From: Zygophlyctis sp. KS116
Lineage: Eukaryota > Fungi > Chytridiomycota
DNA: 7,720 bases
Direction: 5' to 3'
Assembly: GCA_054661495.1 (NCBI GenBank)
Contig: BAAFSQ010000400.1
Coordinates: 1 to 7,720, forward strand
Shown here in pieces: positions 1 through 7,142 of the stretch. The notes below the pieces were generated by a model. That model was not told the origin of the DNA. It did no database searches and saw only the letters and a program-made list of their open reading frames with translations. The position numbers and the translations under genes were made by a program. Each line of letters begins with the position of its first letter. Position 1 is the first letter of the stretch.

Positions 1-207
1 TACAAGAAAAAGGATTAGTGATTATCATGATACTTCAAAAAAACAATGTTTGGAATCTTTCGAAGGACATTTTTTTTACAGTGAAGGGACATGTAATAAT
101 ATTTAAAAGAGAGAACGATAAAATAGTTTATATTGTCGTGTAAAATAAAAAAAATTGTGAAAATGATGACTCAGGTCGATGAAGGCAAACGAAAAAAAAA
201 TCAGTTA

Positions 208-321
208 ATGGACTAGGTTTAGGTTGCTATTGAAAGACTTGGTCATTTAAGTATTGGGTCTATGTCATGGCTCAGGTGGAGCTTATTGGAGTTATCATCT
301 TATAAGAATCTTATAGTCTTA
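208..321 (+). repeat. Internal fragment of the LTR family seen as a solo LTR at 6614-6963, in inverted orientation
   Basis: Manual alignment: 208-321 equals the reverse complement of 6813-6926, ungapped, 114 nt with 9 mismatches (~92%). Similarity stops abruptly at both ends and there are no LTR termini. Confidence 0.93.
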
Positions 322-367
322 ACTCGACAAAGATCAACTTTATAACATCAAAACGCGCTCCGTGCAG

Positions 368-755
368 TTTAGAGGAATTAAAGTCATGTTCTGATCTCGA
401 AGGTGAACTTTTTAGTCTGATGTGGCACCAATTTTACTTCCTGTTCATATTGATGCCATTGAATGAGGCTACATTGATTGGTTCTGAAGGTGGGATGTAT
501 CTAACTAGTGTAAGTCAAATGATGACATTTATTTGGGATCTAACGCCCACAGCCAATTGTGTGCACATTTTGACAAATGAAGTTGAGAGAATTATTTCAC
601 AAATGCTTCCAGAAAAATTCGCCCTGATTTTTGACGGATGGTGTAGCAATCTCAGATAAAGTGGCTGATAGACACATATCAAAAGTGAATTTAGAGGAAT
701 TAAAGTCAAGTTCTAATTCTCTAAGGTAGAATAAAGTCAAGTTCTAATTCTCTAA
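368..755. repeat. Short dispersed/tandem direct repeat, three copies (368-404, 690-727, 732-755)
   Basis: TTTAGAGGAATTAAAGTCA is exact at 368-386 and 690-708, with similarity continuing to AAGGT. TAAAGTCAAGTTCTAATTCTCTAA is exact at 701-724 and 732-755. Confidence 0.9.
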
Positions 756-975
756 ATTTTCTTTATGCTTAAATCTGTTATATTATAAAAGGCCAACAAC
801 CGTTAATTGTTATAGATGGGAATCTGGTCATTGTGGTGTTCCCCTGATTGTATGGTTTTCTCATCTATTAATCTTGCTGTAAAAAATGTACATCTGAATG
901 AGAAAAGTTTCAATAAATGTCATTGTTAAAGTATCAGGCTTGATGGGAACGGCTGAAAACAGCAAAATGTGGGTA
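555..975 (+). pseudogene. hAT-like transposase remnant A, in two pieces (~555-650 and ~800-975)
   Basis: EVERIISQMLPEKFALIFDGW (D at 633-635) resembles the first catalytic-Asp strand (DGW). From 832, CGVPLIVWFSHLL/NLAVK (frameshift near 870) resembles the decayed hAT CxxH-LNL motif, followed by VIVKVSGLMG. The pieces are separated by the 690-755 repeats and lack the expected intervening sequence. Confidence 0.65.
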
Positions 976-1224
976 AGGATCACATGCCATGAAGTAAAGA
1001 TCCAAGCATGACTTCTAGGACGTAAAAAGAATTTTAGAAGAAATAACTAAACTTCAAACTGATTTGAAAGACGTGATTAACAGTTCAAAGACAGAAAATC
1101 CAAATGAGATACATCTCGTAATAATGATCTGTTAATTGCTTTAGCCTATAAGCGAGATAAATAAATAGAGGAACAAAACTTGCAACAAAAAGTCATTATC
1201 GACAAAATTGATGAACATTGTTGT

Positions 1225-1463
1225 ACTGGATTGAGAATTAAATGATAAAGCTTGCAATATCATTAATGAATCTATTGGCAAAGGCCTAAAATCCAAAATC
1301 ACACATAAAATACGCGAAAGAAGCACTTTCTTTGTTAGAAAATGCATATGGCAAGTCTAACACTGTCGACCTCAATCTTCTCGAAGACAAGTATAGATCA
1401 TATGAGCATCGTGGCTCAGTTGAAAGATACATTGATCAAATGAATATTTTTAGAGACCAATGA
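1225..1463 (+). pseudogene. gag: Ty1/copia gag (UBN2-like) remnant, absent from the ORF track
   Basis: Manual translation gives LNDKACNIINESIGKGLKSKITH, a frameshift near 1310, then YAKEALSLLENAYGKSNTVDLNLLEDKYRSYEHRGSVERYIDQMNIFRDQ*. This matches the copia gag pattern KA..II..S......I....AKE....L...YG and the later SV..YI..M. Confidence 0.7.
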
Positions 1464-1614
1464 AACGAAGGTGGCAAAGATACACAAGACAAGTGATTAT
1501 TCAGGAGGCAGTTGTACGCCGAAATCTGGAAATTAAATATAACAAAAACGATAATTTCATCAGCAAAACAGATAAGACGAAAAAGAAAATGACTTATGCT
1601 AACTGCCATCGCCA

Positions 1615-2638
1615 GTGCATGATTTTGATAATTCGATTGACCTGTGGATAGCTGCAGAAAACAAATCATTATTTCCAGAATATGTTCAGATCAAGTATAA
1701 ATTTAAAATCAAATCAGCAGACTTTTTTAGAACAAGAGTAAAAGATCTTTTCACCAGCAAGCGTGAGATTATCAAATCATATTTCCTTTACTACAGATTG
1801 CTGTACAACAATGATTTTTAAAATCAGAGGTTTTCTTTTAGATTTCATAAATCTCACAAAAAAGCATACTGGAGATTTTCTTTCAGATATGTTCATAAAC
1901 TCAATATGTGAATTTGGTTTGGAAAAAAAGATTGGGACAATTACAATGTACAACGCTTAAAATAACAAAGCTATGATTAAAGAGATGTGCACTAAGTTAG
2001 CCGTAAAAGGGGTGCATTTTTCAGCAAAACAAGGATTCCTTGTTTTGACCATATTCTGAATTTAGCTGTGCAGGCTTTCATAGCTAAGTTGGAGAAACCT
2101 TCAAAATACGGTCAAAATGATTTATTGATCATCGATAAGGGATCTGACGAATCAGAATCAGAAGAAATTTAAGGAATTTGTAAGGAAGACGGAAGCTTTA
2201 TCAATGAACTCCGTTAAAGTAACTATATTGTTTCTAAAATCAGATCTTTATAAGATAAAGAATTCACTGAATTTATTGTCGGAATTGCGCAGCAATCAAC
2301 TTGATTCTGATTTGGCTGTTAAGAAAATTGTATTAGACGTGAAAACTAGATGGAACAGCTGTTACCATATGTTGGAGTGGAGCTTGGCAAACAAAGAAGC
2401 ATTAATCAAAACGTTGCCTGAAATGGAAAAGCTCAATTGGGAACTCTTCCATATGATTTGTTTATTTCTCTCTCAGTTTGACAAATATACAAAAAAGTAT
2501 TCGACAGAGAAGTCGACGACTATTGCGCACATTCTAGTTGATTATGATTCATTGATAGAAAATGTCAGAAGTGCAGCCAGCACAAACTCGGATTTAAGTT
2601 TAGCAGCAAAAGCTTGTCTAGATAAGCTCGAAATATAA
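1615..2638 (+). pseudogene. hAT-superfamily DDE transposase pseudogene B (internal deletions, 3' truncated)
   Basis: hAT motifs occur in order across frames: ISFTTDCCT (first Asp, cf. TTDxWT); LLDF...HTG...EFGLEKKIGTITMYNA*NN (decayed DNAxNN); CFDHILNLAVQ at 2042 (CxxH); DVKTRWNSCYHML; AAKACLDKL. It has stops and frameshifts and no C-terminal Glu/dimerisation region. Confidence 0.92.
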
Positions 2639-2644
2639 AGCTTT

Positions 2645-3070
2645 GGATACAAGTGGAATCAGACAAACTTCAGAGAGGATTGCTCAAGAGATAATAAACG
2701 TGGCTGAATATGTTTCTGGTGTCGGATAATGCTAGTAACATGAGAGGTATATATTTATTTTTAGGGTTAGCAATAGAAGATGCTCGTTTTGTAGTGAACT
2801 TTGTAAAATATAGGGGTCATTTGCTAGCTAAATTCAGAGAGTTACAACATGCTTTCAAAACAAAGAAAGGACTTTCCCTCCCGGTGCCCACTCGTTGGTA
2901 TACGCAGATAAATTGCATTGCAAATCTGTTACAAAATAAGGTTGTATTCAAGAAGTTAATTGATACGGATGAACTTGCGGCTATAGTAGAAAATCAAAAA
3001 CAAGACCAAATTTATTACTCTGATAAAAGATGATGAATTTTGGGGAAATTTAGAAATATTGATCAAATGC
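2645..3070 (+). pseudogene. Second, different hAT transposase fragment C
   Basis: TSGIRQTSERIAQEII, VSDNASNMRG, then IEDARFVVNFVK...LSLPVPTRWYTQINCIANLL and (frameshifted) DDEFWGNLEILIK. It repeats the DNA and TRW motifs already present in fragment B, so it is a separate element. The CxxH segment expected between DNASNM and the next helix is missing. Confidence 0.85.
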
Positions 3071-3081
3071 TCAAATGAAAG

Positions 3082-3579
3082 TTACCAAAAACGGCAAAAC
3101 AAATGCAAAGAATGTTAGGAGTTGTGAACTTCTATAGGCATTTTCCACCTCAATTGGCAACCGTGACAGCGCCTCTAGACAAGTACAGACTTGTTGGATT
3201 GGAAAAGGCTTATAGTGAGGAACTAAGTAGAGCGAAATTGGGTTTTGAGGCGATTAAGAAGCTGTTCAAATTGAACATGAAATTGTCGTTATTGAATTAC
3301 ACGAAACCGCTTTTATTGTGAACTGCGACCCATTAAATATTTCTCAAACTTTTTCAATCCAAACAGTACATCATAGATTTCTTTTGCCGGTGTTGATGCC
3401 CTTCTTTGAGTTTCCATTAAAGCTTTCGATGCAAAAGAGTTCACTCTCCACGTTATAGTGGATTCTATCGGTCTGTCCGCAAAGCCTAACCATTCCCCAA
3501 CACCAGCACCAACATCTGATGCATCTTTACACATTGATAACCGACCACTGCGGGTTACTGTTTTGGTGGACGGAAGATC
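3082..3579 (+). pseudogene. pol: Ty3/gypsy pol fragment (RT thumb/connection plus RNase H) with internal inversion of 3321-3529
   Basis: + strand LPKTAKQMQRMLGVVNFYRHF...APL...FEAIKK...KPLLL; - strand CKDASDVGAG...FASKAL..TQRR.ST..KEI...FGLKKFEKYLMGR; + strand again (T)LITDHCGLLF from ~3531. These are canonical gypsy RT/RNase H motifs. Confidence 0.92.
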
Positions 3580-3730
3580 TGTTAGGATCGGGCAATTGAG
3601 GTTAGTTTTTTTTGGTGGAAATTAAAGGTTAGGGTGAGGGCGCAAAAAAATTGTCGTAGAAGGATCAGCAGTAGAAGATTGGAAGCGACATCGAGATGGG
3701 GACTCGCAGACGAAATCGAAGTTGACCAAA
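3580..3730. mobile_element. Possible truncated LTR end interrupting the gypsy RNase H
   Basis: Gypsy coding similarity stops about where TGTTAGGATC begins (3580), a typical TG-starting LTR terminus, followed by T-run/A-run non-coding-looking sequence. I found no matching ...ACA end with an AGATC duplication, and the right boundary is a guess. Confidence 0.35.
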
Positions 3731-3734
3731 GGAT

Positions 3735-4905
3735 GTTAGCCTTGAAATTCTTGGTTCCCTTGAGGAGTTCCTCTCTTTCTTGCTTTAGTTGAATAATGAA
3801 TTGAGAATTTTCAGGTAAATTAGGTCCAGATTCCAGCCGTGCAATCTGCTCGTCAATGATTGGAACTCTTTCATTCGCTAATTTATCTTTTTGCAAAGCC
3901 TAATTTTTTTAGAAACCTAACGTACCTTGCGATTGTTGATGGGATTGATTACGTTGTTAACATAAGTCTTGCATGCTCGACATTGTGCAAACTTGTTTCC
4001 AGTCCTTGGATTGATATCAAAAACAACAATTTCTCCATTTTTAATGCAGCCCTCTTTGCAGTTATGTCGCGCGCACCGACGTTGCGAATTTTAACCTAAA
4101 GTTGAATCATTGTTCAAGTCCACACCCGAGTCTTGAGAACATATGTTTACTGATGGCGTCAAATCTAGTTTGTTAAATTTTTGGGAAGAATAATTTCCTT
4201 CATCTTTATCACTTGTGTCAATTTCCATCCGATCATCGATTTCAAACTCTGCGAAGTATTGAATAAACTTTTCTCGCTCTTGATACTCTGCAATCCACAA
4301 GCTCTCTAGTACTTGCAGCAATTCCATTTTTCTTTGATGCGAGAAGAATTGAATTGACAGTTTTAATTTGTAATGACAGCATCATGTGTGAATTGTGAGA
4401 AATTCATATCCGTGTGCATGAGAATATCGAGGGATATAAAAGCCTAGCGTTTTCATGAATGACTGAAATCAAAATGACAAGAGACTGCATTCTTCTAGCC
4501 AAGTTTTCAAATCATTTCTGTACACACGCCAATACGTACACAAGTTCAAACAACTTTCCAAAACTCGATGAATTCCGCAGTGTATGCCTCTCTCTTCAAC
4601 AAGACAAAAATCAAGGTATCATGGTATCTATCCATCCATTTCAAGTCCTTCAAATTTCCAAATCTATGTTGTTCTCGTGATTTCAAGCAGATAACCTCAA
4701 GTCCGGATTGGATGTTCTCTACAGTATGGCCCAACAAGTAGCGATTCATCATTCCAATAGACAGGCTTTTGTTGTTGTTGAGGACGAATTTCTTGAAAGA
4801 TTGGAAGACATTCAAGGGGATGGCTCCTTTGATGACGGAAAGGTGTTTTCTGCTTGGAACTACCTTGCCGGGATGATTTTCATTGTCAGCTTTAAAAAAA
4901 CACAT
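3735..4905 (-). pseudogene. Unidentified degraded gene with acidic linker, Cys-motif region and coiled-coil-like tail; candidate 26-nt intron at 3900-3925
   Basis: ORFs 4905-4546, 4327-4091 and 3896-3582 can be chained with one frameshift (~4550), in-frame stops at 4469-4471, 4382-4384 and 4091-4093, and removal of GTACGT...TTAG (3925-3900). Read-through of the 4091 stop gives NSQRRCARHNCKEGC...FAQCRACKTYVNNVINPINNRK|ALQKDKL. I recognise no family. Confidence 0.5.
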
Positions 4906-5003
4906 ACCCCTAAATTTTTACAAGACCATTAGAAAAGGATTGTATGTACAAAAGAGCAAAGTAGCTGATTTGATTTTTGAAAATTTGGAATGAAATTTTT
5001 TTT

Positions 5004-5270
5004 TTATTCATCTTTAAAAGACGAATGTAGCATCTGAATGGCGTCTAAGATAGATTGTTTCTTTGAATCTATCTTTCCTTTCTCTGTGTCTTCATTCATT
5101 GAGCTAGACGGTCCAGCTTTTTCAGGCGATGGTCCTTTTCTTGCTGGGAGACGTCTCTCGGGGTTGTTCTGACGCTCCTCTTTTTGATGATTCTTTTGGT
5201 GGACTAACCCCTAACCAAACTTTGATTTTGGTTGGGCTTGTTGGAGGGGTGAACTGCTGGGATGAGGGCA
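5004..5270 (-). other. Unidentified low-complexity coding-like tail ending in TAA within an A10 run
   Basis: In frame after the integrase ARDAF motif: CPHPSSSPLQQAQPKSKFG*GLVHQKNHQKEERQNNPERRLPARKGPSPEKAGPSSSMNEDTEKGKIDSKKQSILDAIQMLHSSFKDE*. No copia RT motifs follow. T10 on the + strand at 4996-5005. Confidence 0.3.
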
Positions 5271-5890
5271 AAATGCATCACGCGCAATGACAATTCGTGA
5301 CCGATCAGGAGTGAAAAGGCGATATTCTGGTGAGTTAAATGAGTGTCCATTAAAGGGTCTGCTTTAGGTTGAAATTTGTTATGTGATGCATTATTGACCG
5401 CGCAACCTATTTCTCCAAATATTTTAAAATGCGAAACAGAAGGTACTTTGTTTGTGAATAACTCATATGGAGTTTTTTGGTCCTTCAATGCGGCAGATGG
5501 AGATCGATTTCTTATGTATGTTGCCCATACTCTGCTCACAAGGAATACTCTAATCTTGACTAGTTTAGCATAGAGCGGACTGAGTTCATGAGGGTTTGAT
5601 TAAGACGCTCGGCCACTCCATTCTGTTGAGGGGAATACGGTACAGTAAACTGATGAAGTATGCCGTTATTGTGACAGTATGTTTCAAACAAAGAGTTTTT
5701 GAATTCAAGACCATTGTCAGTTCTAAGAATTTTTATATGCCATCCATGCTGATTAAAGAGTAGCGTATCTAAATTTTTTGAATATTTCTTCGGTCTTTTT
5801 TGTCAGAGGATAAGTCCAAATGTAACGGCTATAGTCATCAGTAAAAGTAAAGAAATAACGATATCATGAGAATGAGGGATTCAAGAAGCC
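5271..5890 (-). pseudogene. pol: Ty1/copia integrase (rve core plus SH3-like C-terminus) pseudogene fragment
   Basis: Manual translation gives YRYFFTFTDDYSRYIWTYPL, IKILRTDNGLEF, GILHQFTVPYSPQQNGVAERLNQTLMNSVRSML, ATYIRNRSPS, KTPYELF..KVPSVSHFKIFG and YRLFTPDRSRIVIARDAF. D (5716-5718) and E (5608-5610) are separated by exactly 35 codons. It has several stops and frameshifts, and the first Asp and HHCC finger are absent. Confidence 0.95.
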
Positions 5891-5911
5891 TAACCCTAAA
5901 AAAGCCCTAAG

Positions 5912-6436
5912 TTGGATATTAACTCAGATATTGAAGCATTAAAAATAAATCCGCCACATGAAGTCTCCTCTCTTGTTCAAAAAATAATGTATTTTAAAAA
6001 GGATAAAATTACCACTTCAGATGTAATACGATCTAAAATTTTAAAAGAATCTTATCAAATACTCAAACTTTTTAAATTGTGTGAAATTCTTCAATTTGGA
6101 GAAGTAGAATCAACTTTCTCATCCTCAAATAGAAACTTTAGAAATAAAATTTTGACTTTAAAGAAAAAGAGTATGCACGAGATATATAAAACCGCTCCTC
6201 AAGGTAGAGCAAGACTACATTTATTCAGAATAAATAAAGACTTAATTTAATTTTAGAAGAATTTGTAATATTTAAATAAAAAATGTATATTTATCTAAAT
6301 CTGACCATGTTTTTGGTATTTAAAAAAGTCCCTCTTGAGAATTCTGTAATGAGATTCAGCAAACATGGATGTCCTATATCGACATACATATTTTTCTTGC
6401 ACTGATCGCATCCATAGACTACAACTTGATAAACTA
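5912..6436 (+). mobile_element. Probable hAT C-terminal dimerisation-domain remnant and 3' flank, replacing the copia protease-integrase interval
   Basis: ORF 5912-6250 contains YQILKLFKLCEILQFGEVESTFSSSNRNFRNKILTLKKKSMHEI, resembling hATC (L.KL..I......vERtFS....i....R..L). An AT-rich tail follows, and copia protease similarity resumes at ~6437. The match is weak and degenerate. Confidence 0.45.
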
Positions 6437-6598
6437 TACCAATTGTAGTATGGAAGGGAATAATTGACGAAAAAAGTCTTGAATCATGACACATATGCTG
6501 TGTGGCACCAGAATCCAGGTTCCATGAGAAGGTGTTGTTAAACATGTTATGTGCGGTGAAAGCCACATTTGCACTATCCCGTTTGAGCTAAGGGCACT
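6437..6598 (-). pseudogene. pol: Ty1/copia aspartic protease N-terminal fragment
   Basis: DSANVAFTAH...FSWNLDSGATQHMCHDSRLFSSIIPFHTTIG contains the copia WxLDSGATxHM motif (D at 6513-6515). Similarity is lost after TTIG. Confidence 0.92.
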
Positions 6599-6603
6599 AA
6601 AAC

Positions 6604-7137
6604 TGTCGAATTATGTTGAGATGAGGTTTGGACTTCAGGCTCAGCATTCAGTGTTATTAATAAGATCTAAGTCAGAAATTTTTATTAGTTATTTTATTTT
6701 TCAAAAGTTCTTACTTATATTGTTTGTTGTTGCGTTATTTGAAGAATTATAGTCGTGGTTTAGAATTCTCCAGAACCATTCAGACCCATCCAGAACATTC
6801 AAGACACTTGTATAAGACTATAAGATTCTTATAAGATGATAACTCCAATCAGCTCCACCTGAACCATGACATAGACCCAGTACTTAAAATACCAAGTCCT
6901 TCAATAGCAACATAAAGCTAGCCCATCCAATAGACCTTCTTACTCAGGATGAATATTTCAACAAATTAAACCTTCTCCTGCTCTTGGAGATCGTCTAGGT
7001 TGAACTGATCTTGATCTTGTAATTCTACTACTCATTCTTAAGTCACTTGAGCTCATTAATTGTTCATTTCTTAAAAAAAACTACGCCACATAAAACATTT
7101 CTGCGCCTACCATTACCCTTGCCCTAAATTTTCAACA
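6604..7137. mobile_element. Outer solo LTR (179 bp once the nested LTR and one TSD copy are removed), 5-bp TSD AAAAC
   Basis: It starts TGTCGAA (6604) and ends TTCAACA (7137), a 6/7 inverted match. AAAAC flanks both sides (6599-6603 and 7138-7142). It sits exactly between the copia gag Cys region and the protease. Confidence 0.82.
6614..6963 (-). mobile_element. Inner solo LTR, 350 bp, 5-bp TSD AATTA
   Basis: It starts TGTTGAGAT (6614) and ends ATTTCAACA (6963), an 8/9 inverted match. AATTA lies at 6609-6613 and 6964-6968. On the - strand a TATAAG (6719-6714) precedes AATAAA (6698-6693, 6686-6681), which suggests the orientation. A second partial copy lies at 208-321. Confidence 0.9.
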
Positions 7138-7142
7138 AAAAC

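Noticed and set aside
1-207. Possible 3' end of a coding sequence at the window start
   Set aside because: It needs a frameshift, has no recognisable motif and is too short to support.
368-755. CRISPR-like array (partly palindromic ~35-bp repeats)
   Set aside because: There are only three unequal copies with spacing of 322 and 31 bp, no regular spacers, no cas genes, and a eukaryotic TE context.
4910-4949. Second candidate intron on the - strand (GTACAT...CTAAT...TTTAG, 40 nt)
   Set aside because: There is no convincing upstream exon to join, and such signals arise readily by chance in AT-rich DNA.
3082-5890. Gypsy RT/RNase H and the integrase as parts of one retroelement
   Set aside because: The integrase is copia-type and collinear with copia gag and protease on the - strand, while the RT/RNase H is gypsy-type and natively on the + strand.
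208-6926. A single 6.7-kb DNA transposon with 114-bp terminal inverted repeats carrying cargo
   Set aside because: The right repeat is internal to a solo LTR with its own termini and TSD. There is no duplication outside the pair, and the interior is a patchwork of unrelated fragments.
6971-6985. Polypurine tract (- strand AAGAGCAGGAGAAGG) marking 6614-6963 as the 3' LTR of a full element
   Set aside because: It is 7 nt from the LTR end rather than adjacent, lies inside the outer LTR, and the matching AATTA TSDs indicate a solo LTR.
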